A DNA stretch of 64,000 nucleotides from Nitrospiraceae bacterium (GCA_050246315.1 JBFWWG010000003.1:32001-96000), one strand, 5' to 3'; positions 28,882 to 38,491 are shown, counted from the stretch's first letter. Numbers and translations: made by a program. The notes: generated by a model not told the origin, from the sequence alone.

Positions 28882-30144
28882 CTATGGTGCAACCTGCGTC
28901 GTGCAGACTAACTTTTGGAACGTGGCAGCCGCCAGGGCCCTAATCGTCTCTCGATCGACCAAGTTCTCGTCCCGCACATAATCGGAAATACGACTCGCCA
29001 CTATGCGGTTGCCCAGCCGGGAGTAATGGCCCCATTGCCCGACAGTGAGCAGCGGCTCCGGCAAGGCGGGATCATATGCGACAAGAGCATCTAAGATGTC
29101 CACATAGCGCAACCCTCTCGTCTGGAGGTATTCGATCAACGGCGCGTATCGCCGAGATTGATGGTTGCCATGCCTTCTGAAATCGTCAAGGTCGGGGTAG
29201 AGGACGATCGCGGGCAGGGATCCATGTCGCAGCGCCGCGCAATAAAACTCGTCAATAATCCGTGCGGTGAGGCGGAATGCATCACCGGTAACCGCATAGG
29301 ATCCATCGCTCGTCACGATGGGGTTCAAAGCTTCCTTGACGATCTGCGTTGCGATTTTGGCCAATCGAACCGACGGCAAGCCATCGAGGGGACCTGCAAG
29401 GTAGCCTGTCTGGTAATAGTAATCCTCACCGCCGATTTCTCGCAGTACCGCGTCATCGTCGGCAACGAGGCGTTTGTAGTCGTCCACGGTCGATAGAGGA
29501 TTCCGGACTAAGGAGAGCCGATCGTTCACCAAGGTAAACCGAGGCTTGGTATAGAGGTTGTTCGCATAGGTGGGGCTGTAAAAGGGACGAAACACATTCA
29601 CGTTACGGAAAATGTTCTCGGACATAAATCCGATGATCACGATGGCCGAATTGAATGGCACTCCTTCCTGCAAATAGCGCAGATACGCCTGATCCAACCC
29701 ATAAGCTCCCATTCCAAAGTTGAGCACTTGGAAGCGAGGATCTTGCTCCTCCATCTGGTGCTCCCATGTGTCTTGGTTGTCGACTTCGCTTCCGAACGTG
29801 AATGAGTCTCCGAAGGCCGAAATGCGTATCGTTCCCAGATCTGGTTCGTGAGCGTACTCTCTCTCCGATCTGAGGCCTTGAGAGTTGATCCTCACATCCG
29901 TGGCTCGGGTATGAGGGTTCGGCGCCCAGCCGAGAGAGGGATGAAAACCGCTCAGGGGTGGGATTTCTTGAAGACGATCCTTGAGAAGAGTTTTCTGTGC
30001 ATCGGTCAGACTGCGAAGAAGGGGCGTATAGAAGATCCCCCTCGCACGAAGTAGGAGGAGCCCCATATGGGACGCGCCTTCGATACTTCCATAGACGAAG
30101 CAAACCAGAAGAACGTGAAACAGCAAAGACTTTCTTCTATCCAT
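28882..30144 (-). CDS. Membrane-anchored SGNH/GDSL-family hydrolase or O-acyltransferase
   Basis: N-terminal TM, INSQGLR, FGDSFTFG, NFGMGAYGLDQ, C-terminal GHYSRLGN. Confidence 0.8.
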   Translation of the reverse strand: MDRRKSLLFHVLLVCFVYGSIEGASHMGLLLLRARGIFYTPLLRSLTDAQKTLLKDRLQEIPPLSGFHPSLGWAPNPHTRATDVRINSQGLRSEREYAHEPDLGTIRISAFGDSFTFGSEVDNQDTWEHQMEEQDPRFQVLNFGMGAYGLDQAYLRYLQEGVPFNSAIVIIGFMSENIFRNVNVFRPFYSPTYANNLYTKPRFTLVNDRLSLVRNPLSTVDDYKRLVADDDAVLREIGGEDYYYQTGYLAGPLDGLPSVRLAKIATQIVKEALNPIVTSDGSYAVTGDAFRLTARIIDEFYCAALRHGSLPAIVLYPDLDDFRRHGNHQSRRYAPLIEYLQTRGLRYVDILDALVAYDPALPEPLLTVGQWGHYSRLGNRIVASRISDYVRDENLVDRETIRALAAATFQKLVCTTQVAP

Positions 30145-30276
30145 TGGTATATTCTAATGGCGACGCTCGTCTCGATGCATCTTCTTCACACGACCCAAAG
30201 CTGAGATCACCGGCTTGGTCATGTTCGATAAGAAGGCACCGATGAGGGCTCAACGTCCCATCGCAAGCATCTGGAC

Positions 30277-31485
30277 ATGCAGCTTCTGAGGCAAGAGATC
30301 GTCGCAACCGGGCTTGTCTTTCTTGCGATGGCCGCGTCAAGCTGTGTCGGCCCGATGCGCCCGACGACTTCGCGCGTGCAGCCGCCGCAGTTGACGGCTG
30401 AGGATCAAGATGTCTGGCAACATGCGATTGCCGCCAGCGGGGAGCGCGTGCATTTCGTATGGGGGGCCAGCGGGCTCTTCTACCGCCGCTCGCTCGACGA
30501 AGGAGAAACATGGAGCCAGGACCACCTCATCACCTCGGACGGTGAACTCCACTTGACGGATTCTCTTGCAGCGTCGGGACACAACGTGTACATCGTGTAC
30601 CTCCGTAACCTGCACCGGGAGCGCGATTGGTGCTGCGAGCGGACTTTGGGGGACATCTACCTGCGACGCTCCTCCGACGGCGGGCTAAGCTGGACACCAG
30701 AACAACGACTCACCGCTGGGGCTGGAGCCTTCCGGTTGTCGATGGCCGTCACCGACTCGCGGGTCGACTTGGTCTGGAGCGATTTTCGCAACGGCCAGTG
30801 GCAGATCTATTATCTCCGCTCCCGCGACGCCGGCGTCACCTGGAACACCGGGCAGCCAATTGTGCTCGTCGGAGAACACGATACAGGTCGTGCCCAAGTG
30901 GCAAGTGTAGGGGAGGCGATTCACATCGTCTGGTCCAACGCTCCTCACGATCACGCTCCCTGCTACACGATGCGACACTGTCCCGAGGTCTACTATCTGC
31001 AATCGATTGACGGCGGCGATACCTGGAGCCGCTTGACCCGTCTGACCTTCGATCAGCCGTTTTCAGGTCGTCCCGACATTGCCGTCATATCGGACACGGT
31101 TCTGGTGAGTTATGACGAAGACAAGGATAACAACGAGTCACACGAACAACATCTTCTACGATCCTCCGATGGCGGGAGGACCTGGGAACCGAGTGTCCGG
31201 CTTTCCACTGCACCCGGCGTCTCGGACCACGGCTCCTTGATCGCTTCCAATGGTACGGTCCATCTGGCCTGGCACGACGGGCGTGACCCGGACAATATGG
31301 AGATCTACTACCGCTACTCCACCGATCGAGGTCTCACCTGGTCGGCGGAGGAGAACCTATCCCGAGGACCGCGCATCTCAAGCACGCCGCTGCTCGCTGC
31401 GACGACGCACTACCTTCATGCCATCTGGCTCGACAGACGCACGGGAACCGATCAGGTCTGGTATCACCGGCGACACCTTCCCTAG
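30277..31485 (+). CDS. BNR/Asp-box beta-propeller protein, probable lipoprotein
   Basis: Hydrophobic N-terminus ending AASSC; six Asp-boxes: SLDEGETW, SSDGGLSW, SRDAGVTW, SIDGGDTW, SSDGGRTW, STDRGLTW. Confidence 0.8.
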   Translation: MQLLRQEIVATGLVFLAMAASSCVGPMRPTTSRVQPPQLTAEDQDVWQHAIAASGERVHFVWGASGLFYRRSLDEGETWSQDHLITSDGELHLTDSLAASGHNVYIVYLRNLHRERDWCCERTLGDIYLRRSSDGGLSWTPEQRLTAGAGAFRLSMAVTDSRVDLVWSDFRNGQWQIYYLRSRDAGVTWNTGQPIVLVGEHDTGRAQVASVGEAIHIVWSNAPHDHAPCYTMRHCPEVYYLQSIDGGDTWSRLTRLTFDQPFSGRPDIAVISDTVLVSYDEDKDNNESHEQHLLRSSDGGRTWEPSVRLSTAPGVSDHGSLIASNGTVHLAWHDGRDPDNMEIYYRYSTDRGLTWSAEENLSRGPRISSTPLLAATTHYLHAIWLDRRTGTDQVWYHRRHLP

Positions 31486-31488
31486 CCC

Positions 31489-32265
31489 ATGCCCATGGCC
31501 TACCGACTGCCGATTCTGACATATCATTCCCTCGATACCACGGGATCCGTCATCTCGACCGCTCCGATCGTGTTTCGACAGCAGATGCAGTGGTTCTATC
31601 AGCATGGCTTTGTGACGATTTCCCTCGTTCAAGCGGCACGGTTGCTGACGCTCAAACAACCGTTCCCTGAACGAACGTGCGTCCTGACGTTCGACGACGG
31701 CTACGACAACGTCTATCAGGAGGCATTTCCCGTTCTGCAACAATACGGATTCACGGCCACCGTCTTTCTGGTGACCGCTTATTGCGGCAAGACGAATGAC
31801 TGGCCCGGCCATCGGTCTCCAATCGGTGACCGCGCACTTCTCTCCTGGCCTCAGATCTCGGAAATGGCGGGTCATGGCATCACATTTGGATCGCATACCG
31901 CCACGCATCCTGACTTAGTTCGCATCTCGCGGGACCAGGCGGCACACGAATTGCGGGAATCCAAGCAGACCATTGAGGACCGTTTAGGCCGCAAGGTAGA
32001 GACCTTCGCCTATCCCTACGGCCATTACAATCGGGCGACAGTGGATCTTGTCCGCACGCATTTCAGCGTCGCCTGCTCTACGACGTTGGGCAAGGCGGCC
32101 GACTCGGATGATCCCACGCTGCTTCCGAGGATCGACATGTATTACCTGTCTTCTCATCGACTCATGGCATCGCTCCCGTCAATTAGGATGGATGCGTACT
32201 TGGCGCTGCGTGGGATCTTGCGAACCGTCAAACACACCCTGACCGATTACGCAGGTGCACGATGA
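31489..32265 (+). CDS. Polysaccharide deacetylase (NodB/CE4)
   Basis: PILTYH, LTFDDGY, GSHTATH, FAYPYG, LPRI. Confidence 0.9.
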   Translation: MPMAYRLPILTYHSLDTTGSVISTAPIVFRQQMQWFYQHGFVTISLVQAARLLTLKQPFPERTCVLTFDDGYDNVYQEAFPVLQQYGFTATVFLVTAYCGKTNDWPGHRSPIGDRALLSWPQISEMAGHGITFGSHTATHPDLVRISRDQAAHELRESKQTIEDRLGRKVETFAYPYGHYNRATVDLVRTHFSVACSTTLGKAADSDDPTLLPRIDMYYLSSHRLMASLPSIRMDAYLALRGILRTVKHTLTDYAGAR

Positions 32266-33281
32266 CTCTCCAACGCAATGCATTCTGCTGCCCTCTTTGC
32301 AAGGGGAGCCTTGGCGACGATCAGGCCTCGTATTATTGTGCGGCCTGTGAGAGACGATTTCCGGTGGTCCTGGGCATTCCCGACTTCCGAGTGTTCCCTG
32401 ATCCCTACATCGATTATGACGATGACAGAGAAAAGGCCAAGTACCTCGTCGAGCATCACGACAAGCTGGATTTCATGGGGCTCGTGAGGCTGTATTGGCA
32501 GATCACGCCGGAGGTGTCAGAGGATCGGGCGGAACGGTTCATCAGACGAACTGCCGCGCTCGTCGATAAGGGAAACGAATGCCTCAGCTTGATCGAGTCG
32601 CTGACGGGCAACGAACGGCTGTCGGGGTTCAAGAAGGTCTTGGAGATCGGATGCGGCACGGGCGGTTTTCTCGTTGCTGCAAAGCGTAAATACGAAGACG
32701 TGATCGGAGCGGACATCGCCTTTCGTTGGCTGGTTGTGGCTCGGAAACGGCTTCAGGAACTGAATGCCAATGTCCCCCTGGTGTGCTGTTGCGCGGAATT
32801 TCTGCCGTTTCCCGACCAGCGGTTTGACATCATCCTGGCCGAAGACGTGCTCGAGCACGTGAGGAGTCAAGAAGAGACGCTTGCCGAATGTCGTCGGCTG
32901 TTGACTGGGCGAGGCGTCCTATTTCTCGCCACGCCCAACCGCTTTAGTGTCACGCCGGAGCCGCACGTGCACGTGTGGGGAGTTGGGTTCATCCCTCGGA
33001 AATGGATGAATCGCTATGTGAGATTCGTGAAAGGGATTAATTACGAGCACATTCGAGTCCTCTCCTTTATGGAACTCAAGCGCATCTTGAACAGGTGCGG
33101 GCTCGACAATCATCGCATTTTGCTGCCCTCCATTTCCTCTCACGAGGCTCAATATTTCTCTCCAGTGCAACGAATGCAACTGGCGCTCTACAATGTCGTA
33201 CGGCGGATTCCCGTCGTTCGCTGGGTGCTCTACCTCTTTGGACCGTTTTTCAATGTCGTCGTCTTTGCCGACAAGAAATAG
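32262..33281 (+). CDS. Class I SAM methyltransferase with an N-terminal Trm112-like zinc finger
   Basis: CPLCKGSL...CAAC..RFPVVLGIPDF; LEIGCGTG; DVLEHV; ATPNRF; ATGA overlap. Confidence 0.85.
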   Translation: MTLQRNAFCCPLCKGSLGDDQASYYCAACERRFPVVLGIPDFRVFPDPYIDYDDDREKAKYLVEHHDKLDFMGLVRLYWQITPEVSEDRAERFIRRTAALVDKGNECLSLIESLTGNERLSGFKKVLEIGCGTGGFLVAAKRKYEDVIGADIAFRWLVVARKRLQELNANVPLVCCCAEFLPFPDQRFDIILAEDVLEHVRSQEETLAECRRLLTGRGVLFLATPNRFSVTPEPHVHVWGVGFIPRKWMNRYVRFVKGINYEHIRVLSFMELKRILNRCGLDNHRILLPSISSHEAQYFSPVQRMQLALYNVVRRIPVVRWVLYLFGPFFNVVVFADKK

Positions 33282-33303
33282 ATCGACAACCGCGCACCCT
33301 ATC

Positions 33304-34311
33304 GTGAGTCGCAGCCGATTCGTATCCGTCATTGTCCCCGTCTTTAATGGCGGTCGATTCCTCCCGCGCTGCCTGACCGCAATTCGTCAATCCTCGTGTT
33401 CATCCTACGAACTGATCGTCGTGGATAACGGTTCGACCGATGATTCAGTCGCCATCGCTCAGACACACGCGGACGTTGTTCTCCACTGCCCGGGCCCCAG
33501 CGGACCCGGGGCGGCGCGCAATGTCGGAGCGCGACACGCGGCCGGCGACATTCTCTTCTTCGTGGACGCGGACGTCGTCATCCACCCCGACGCGGTCGCT
33601 CGCGTGGCGGGTCGCTTTGCCGAGCAGCAGGGTCTTGCGGCGCTATTCGGTTCGTACGATGATAATCCCGATGCACAGAACTTCCTTTCTCAGTACAAGA
33701 ACTTGCTTCATCATTTTGTTCATCAGCACGCCAACAGCAACGCAACCACCTTTTGGGCGGGGTGCGGAGCCGTTCGCAACACCATTTTCCACGAAGCCGG
33801 AGGCTTCGATCAGGCCAAGTATCCGCATCCGTCGATTGAAGACATCGAATTGGGATTCCGCCTGCACCGCCTCGGGTACCGGATTGTGTTGGACAAGCAT
33901 CTCCAAGGTCAACACTTGAAGGAATGGCGGTTGGGCTCGCTCCTTCGGGCCGATATCCTCTATCGAGCCATTCCCTGGTCACAGCTCATTGTGGAACAGC
34001 AGGGACTCTTAAACGATCTCAATCTGAAGATCACTCAGAGAGTCAGCGCCGGGACGGCAGGGATCAGCGGGACATTGCTCGCGCTGTCGTTCTGGCAGCC
34101 CTCCCTGATGTACGGCGTGTTGCCCTTCTTGGCGTTGTTCCTGTTTCTCAACCGTGACCTCTTTGCCTTTTTCTTCCGGCGACGAAGCGTTTGGTTTGCC
34201 GCACGGGCGATTCCCTTGCACATGCTGTACCTGCTATATAGTAGTGCTACGTTCGTCCTGGTGTGGTGCCTGCACCCGGCAGTCACCAAGCGGGTGCGGG
34301 GTCGTAAGTGA
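33304..34311 (+). CDS. Glycosyltransferase family 2 with C-terminal TM helices
   Basis: VSVIVPVFN, VDNGSTD, ARN.GA, FVDAD, SIEDIELG; start set to GTG 33304. Confidence 0.88.
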   Translation: MSRSRFVSVIVPVFNGGRFLPRCLTAIRQSSCSSYELIVVDNGSTDDSVAIAQTHADVVLHCPGPSGPGAARNVGARHAAGDILFFVDADVVIHPDAVARVAGRFAEQQGLAALFGSYDDNPDAQNFLSQYKNLLHHFVHQHANSNATTFWAGCGAVRNTIFHEAGGFDQAKYPHPSIEDIELGFRLHRLGYRIVLDKHLQGQHLKEWRLGSLLRADILYRAIPWSQLIVEQQGLLNDLNLKITQRVSAGTAGISGTLLALSFWQPSLMYGVLPFLALFLFLNRDLFAFFFRRRSVWFAARAIPLHMLYLLYSSATFVLVWCLHPAVTKRVRGRK

Positions 34312-34312
34312 G

Positions 34313-34531
34313 ATGGCGATGGCGGAGCAGCGACTAACCGATGAGATTCCCTCCGATCAAGCCGCTCTGGCCAAGCCCTCTCTGAGGCTCAATGGGCAGG
34401 CGGAATGGCTGGTGCTAACTCTCTGCGCAACTTCGTTCGGGGCCTACCTGTATCTCAGCAAAGCCGCCGCTACCTACGCACACCTCTACCTCACGATGTG
34501 GCAAAAACTACAGACCCTCATCGGCGGCTGA
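34313..34531 (+). CDS. 72-aa putative single-pass membrane micro-protein
   Basis: ATG 1 nt after the upstream stop; fills the intergenic gap; hydrophobic segment WLVLTLCATSFGAYLYL. Confidence 0.5.
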   Translation: MAMAEQRLTDEIPSDQAALAKPSLRLNGQAEWLVLTLCATSFGAYLYLSKAAATYAHLYLTMWQKLQTLIGG

Positions 34532-34586
34532 CTCACTCCTTCTGCTTGAGGACGTCCGGACCAAGACACACCGAGTCTTATCAGGA

Positions 34587-36602
34587 TTGATGCCGTCCCT
34601 CATCAACATGATCTGCGTCCTGGCGACCCTCGGCCTGACCGGTCACCTGAGTCGTCGCGTCGGGGAACGCCTCCTTTCTCAGACGGGCAGAGGACTCGCT
34701 TGCGATCCGTGGATCGTCTATGGCGTCCTCTATGTATCCATTCTGTTATCCGCCGTGCAATTCATTGGAGCTGTGGCTCTGGCGACAGGCACGGCCATCG
34801 TTGACGTCAGAACCTTGACCGGGATCCTCTTCGTCGTCTGGTACATCGATAGGATGTTCGGCAGGACGATTGCGGTCGAGCGCGGATCTTCCTCCTCGTT
34901 TCTGGGTCAGGTACATCGGCATGGTCATGCCCTGCTTCCGACGAGACCATCGGCGAGAGGGACTGCGGCACTTGCCGCTGGGATCTTCGGGTTGTTCATA
35001 CTCGAGGCGGTGACCAGGCCGCCTGCCGGGTGGGATGGCCTGGTCTATCACCTTCCGCTTGCAGCCAAGTGGTTTCAAACAGGATCCCTAGCCTTTTTCT
35101 CCGAGTCATGGAAATTCCAAATGCCGTCGAACGGCAACCTCATTCCCTATGTGTTGATGTACCTCGGAAATGATCGGTTCCTCTCGTTGTCCTTCGTGCC
35201 ATTCCTGTTGCTCGGCATGCTCGCTGTCTACGGCTTCACTCGTCGTCTTGAGGTTTCTCATGATTGGTCCTTGCTCGCTGCGCTGGGATTCGGCACAACC
35301 CCGATCGCTCTCTACAATGCGTTCCATGCCTATGTCGACATGTTTCTCACATCATTCTTCTTATGCGCTCTCTATCTGTTCTTCTGGTGGTTCCAAGACC
35401 ATCAACAGAATCCACGAAGAGGGAGGCCCTTCATCACCCTGGCTGCGCTGTCCTTCGGGATAGCGCTCGGCACCAAATATATTTACGCTCCGCTGGTACT
35501 CTTCATGGTGCTGCTCTGCTGTGCCATTTCCCTTGTGTCCGAATCCAGACCGGGCATCACCCTGCTCGGCATACAACACATGATCCGAAACGGAACCAGG
35601 TTCATCGTCTGGGCGCTAGTCCCGTCATGCTTCTGGTACCTGCGCAACTTCCTTGAAACCGGCAATCCGATGCACCCCCTACGCTTCTCGGTCGGCTTAC
35701 AAGGAATCAGTGTGTCGATCAGTGCCATGCCAGAGCGGATACACTTCTTCGGACCGGAAATCCAGCATGACCAATCATGTGTCGGCTCCGGTGAACGTGA
35801 TGTGAACACCTGGCTCATGGCCCCGTGGAAGGACTGCTGGAGCGCAGCCGATCACTTTTCTGCAAATTGGGGGCTTGGTCCCGTATTCAGCACCTTCGTT
35901 CCTGTCATAACCGTCGTGGTTGTGCTTACCACGGTTGTCGCAACCCTCCAAAGACGATCGTTCCGAGACAGGTCAGTCCGTTCCGTAGCAGTCGTGTGGG
36001 TGACGCTACTCATATTTCTGGCCTATTGGTGGTTTTTTGTCTTCACCCTCTTGCGGACACTCCTGCCTGCGCTGGGGCTGCTCTTCGCGATCACGGCATA
36101 TGGACTGGCCTCGTTGTCCCAACGAGGGCAACGCACCGCATCCGCGTTATTTCTGTGCACCATGCTGGTTCATGGCTGTTTAGTGGCCGCCAAACCGCTT
36201 CAGGATCTGAGTAGTCGAGTGCACCACCGCGGTTGGTCCCGAAGCGACTACTATGAAATACCGCCGATGGTGGACAATCTGCCTCAGGGCAGTGTGATCC
36301 TGAACGCCTCTCATGAACTCAAGAACTACCCGCTGTACGGGCGACACCTTCAGAATCGAGTGGTGACCGATCGCGCTTTGCTGGAGCCGACTCTCGTGTC
36401 GCTCATTACCGACGCGTTCATCCGTAAATGGTCGATTGATTACATCTACTATGACACGAGTCAGCGTTGGACTATCAGCAGCGACGTGAAGTGCGAGGTC
36501 ATTTACGAGCGAGACCTAGACACTCCAGACAAGCAACACAAAGAACGGTTATGTCGAATCGATCGCAACCGACCCGCCCATGTCTCTCAAGAAACAGGGT
36601 AA
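34587..36602 (+). CDS. GT-C superfamily (ArnT/PMT-like) polytopic glycosyltransferase
   Basis: Many TM; WDGLVYHLP first-loop acidic motif, YVD, GIALGTK, WYLRNFLETGNP; soluble C-terminal domain. Confidence 0.75.
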   Translation: MMPSLINMICVLATLGLTGHLSRRVGERLLSQTGRGLACDPWIVYGVLYVSILLSAVQFIGAVALATGTAIVDVRTLTGILFVVWYIDRMFGRTIAVERGSSSSFLGQVHRHGHALLPTRPSARGTAALAAGIFGLFILEAVTRPPAGWDGLVYHLPLAAKWFQTGSLAFFSESWKFQMPSNGNLIPYVLMYLGNDRFLSLSFVPFLLLGMLAVYGFTRRLEVSHDWSLLAALGFGTTPIALYNAFHAYVDMFLTSFFLCALYLFFWWFQDHQQNPRRGRPFITLAALSFGIALGTKYIYAPLVLFMVLLCCAISLVSESRPGITLLGIQHMIRNGTRFIVWALVPSCFWYLRNFLETGNPMHPLRFSVGLQGISVSISAMPERIHFFGPEIQHDQSCVGSGERDVNTWLMAPWKDCWSAADHFSANWGLGPVFSTFVPVITVVVVLTTVVATLQRRSFRDRSVRSVAVVWVTLLIFLAYWWFFVFTLLRTLLPALGLLFAITAYGLASLSQRGQRTASALFLCTMLVHGCLVAAKPLQDLSSRVHHRGWSRSDYYEIPPMVDNLPQGSVILNASHELKNYPLYGRHLQNRVVTDRALLEPTLVSLITDAFIRKWSIDYIYYDTSQRWTISSDVKCEVIYERDLDTPDKQHKERLCRIDRNRPAHVSQETG

Positions 36603-36859
36603 AACCTCTTGCGCCCACGGGAAGGTCGTCGAGACGACTGGGTCTCACAAGAACCTCGCGCCCATCGAGGTGGTCTTGACGCCGGTAGACTGGAAGAAGC
36701 GGGGCCGGTCGCCGAATGCGATTGAGGACATGGGCAATCTCAGCGTCACGTCCTGGGATGAGCCACACACCAACCACACGCATGGCTCGCCGACCGATCC
36801 CGACCCGGTGCCGGCAAACAAAGAGACTAGATCCGCCGTGGCGGTCTGAGCTGTGCCCT

Positions 36860-37143
36860 TAGCCCATTGCGGCAGGAGGGCACCGGGCACCCCGATTCGC
36901 CGCTACGACGATACAAGTCGATGGCCACATTCTTCCCCGCCGCGAGATGATCGAACGCTGTGGCTCAAGCCAAGCTTGGTGTGGCAGGCGAGAGCGCCGC
37001 TCCGTCTCTCAACATGGTGCTTCAGGCGCGCATAGTTTCTTCGCCGCGGTGGTTGCCCGTCTCGTCTGGCGACTGCCGAGTACCCGCGGCGCTTTCACTG
37101 TAACGGGTGGAACACGACGAACCGTCATGAATCATGCGAGCTA
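36860..37143. mobile_element. Degenerate MITE, family A
   Basis: Right end ACGAACCGTCATGAATCATGCGAGCTA matches the reverse complement of the 15515 end; left end TTAGCCC only weakly preserved. Confidence 0.5.
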
Positions 37144-37292
37144 GGGGATCCAGAGCGAGCCGTTCCGAGGGTAGGCATCGGAGTCGAAGACGGGCCTTCA
37201 TCGATACGTGCTGTACGGAGCACAGGAGCCGGATTCACATGGCCGACCACGCTGTAGAGTATCGTACCAAGCCTTTCCTGACGACCCTCCTG

Positions 37293-37508
37293 AACCCGCA
37301 TGATTCACGATGACTTCTCCTGTAACCGTCGTGCGACCCGTTGCAGTTGAAGAGCAACGAGTGCCAAGGCTGCGACAAGGTTGGCCGCGACTGAAGGGAG
37401 CCACTTGGGCTCGCTCGCCGCTCATCCTCTTGACATGCTGTTTCACGTATGCATCGAGTTCTCGCAGCTCCGCACTGGGGTATACCCATCGCACGGACTG
37501 GGGACTAT
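37293..37508. mobile_element. MITE, family A (right end degenerate)
   Basis: AACCCGCATGATTCACGATGA...GGCTGCGACAAG aligns with 18031-18118. Confidence 0.6.
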
Positions 37509-37513
37509 GACCG

Positions 37514-37717
37514 TTCTCAGCAGGCGTGCAGGCAAATCGAGAAGTGATGGGGGAGACGAAATGCTCGCACAGCCTCCGCCGGTTTCGCCGACGAGGGCTG
37601 CTACGGGTCAGAGATGAGGATACCGTGAACGGTGCATCCCGCACATCGTGTGGCATGCACTGTTTCGCCGCCTCACTCGCTGCGGCCTCGCTTGACGTCC
37701 TTTTTGACTATCCTGCA
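37514..37717. repeat. Degenerate IS-end-like/MITE repeat, family C
   Basis: Ends in CTCGCTGCGGCCTCGCTTGACGTCCTTTTTGACTATCCTGC, recalled as a dispersed repeat type of Nitrospira-like genomes; only one copy in this window. Confidence 0.3.
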
Positions 37718-37796
37718 CGGGGCTTTTGAGATCGTCCGTAATCGCTCGGTGTGCCGACTTTCACAGGTACTCGGAAGGTTTTTTTGATAGCCTACG

Positions 37797-37952
37797 AGAA
37801 GTCATCTCCAAACCGCACGACCGTGCTTCGACGCGCTCAGCACGAACGGAGGAATATCCTGTTTTCATGAAGAGATCCGTTCGCCCTGAGCCGGTCGAAG
37901 TTTGCGATGAGTGCATCGAACCGGGTGAACGGAGAGTTTTGAAATGACTTCT
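37797..37952. mobile_element. MITE/REP-like element: family B core inside different terminal IRs
   Basis: TIRs AGAAGTCATCTCCAAAC / GTTTTGAAATGACTTCT (15/17); core CTTCGAC..GCTCAG.ACGAACGG...CCGTTCG.CCTGAGC..GTCGAAG hairpin. Confidence 0.7.
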
Positions 37953-37977
37953 AGAACAATCCGGAAGTGGGGGAAAA

Positions 37978-38053
37978 TGGTGCCGAGGGACAGAATTGAA
38001 CTGTCGACACCAGCCTTTTCAGGGCTGTGCTCTACCAACTGAGCTACCTCGGC
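37978..38053 (-). tRNA. tRNA-Phe (GAA)
   Basis: GCCGAGGTAGCTCAGTTGGTAGAGC..CT-GAA-AA..GTTCAATTC..CTCGGCACCA, 76 nt, CCA encoded. Confidence 0.97.
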
Positions 38054-38306
38054 ATTCCGGCAGGCTCGAAAGAAGTCTTAGAAACCTTGCTCATGTACCA
38101 GGATCATCGGTCAAATGCAAGTTGCAGTTTTGTCACCGCTTCTCATGCACCTTGCATGGGACTCCGTGGGATGACAGCAGCTCCCGTCCGGTCCGGTTAC
38201 ATGGCTGGCAGTGCGGTATAGCCATAATGAAACAGTGGATCTCTCCGCGGGCCTCCCTGAAGAGCGGCTACGCCTCAAAAATCTGCGGTACAGGCCAAAC
38301 AAAATA

Positions 38307-38399
38307 TGGCGGAGAGGGCGGGATTTGAACCCGCGACAAGGCTTTTGGCCCTGTGACGGTTTAGCAAACCGTTGCCTTCGGCCACTCGGCCACCTCTCC
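38307..38399 (-). tRNA. tRNA-Ser (GCT)
   Basis: GGAGAGGTGGCCGAGTGG..CGGTTT-GCT-AAACCG, long variable arm, GTTCAAATC, GCCA end; 93 nt. Confidence 0.97.
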
Positions 38400-38454
38400 A
38401 CGTCGGCCTTTCACGTGTGTGATTCGTGAATCCTTTTCAGAGATCAAGTCGGAA

Positions 38455-38491
38455 GCCGCCTATATTACCGCAGAGGTTCGAGGCCCTACAA
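38455..38491 (-). promoter_or_regulatory. Probable sigma-70 promoter of tRNA-Ser(GCT)
   Basis: TTGTAG-N18-TAATAT followed by a GC-rich GGCGGC discriminator. Confidence 0.45.

Noticed and set aside
36499..36890. Short ORFs on both strands after the GT-C gene
   Set aside because: No RBS or motif support and mutually overlapping; could be a remnant but cannot be supported.
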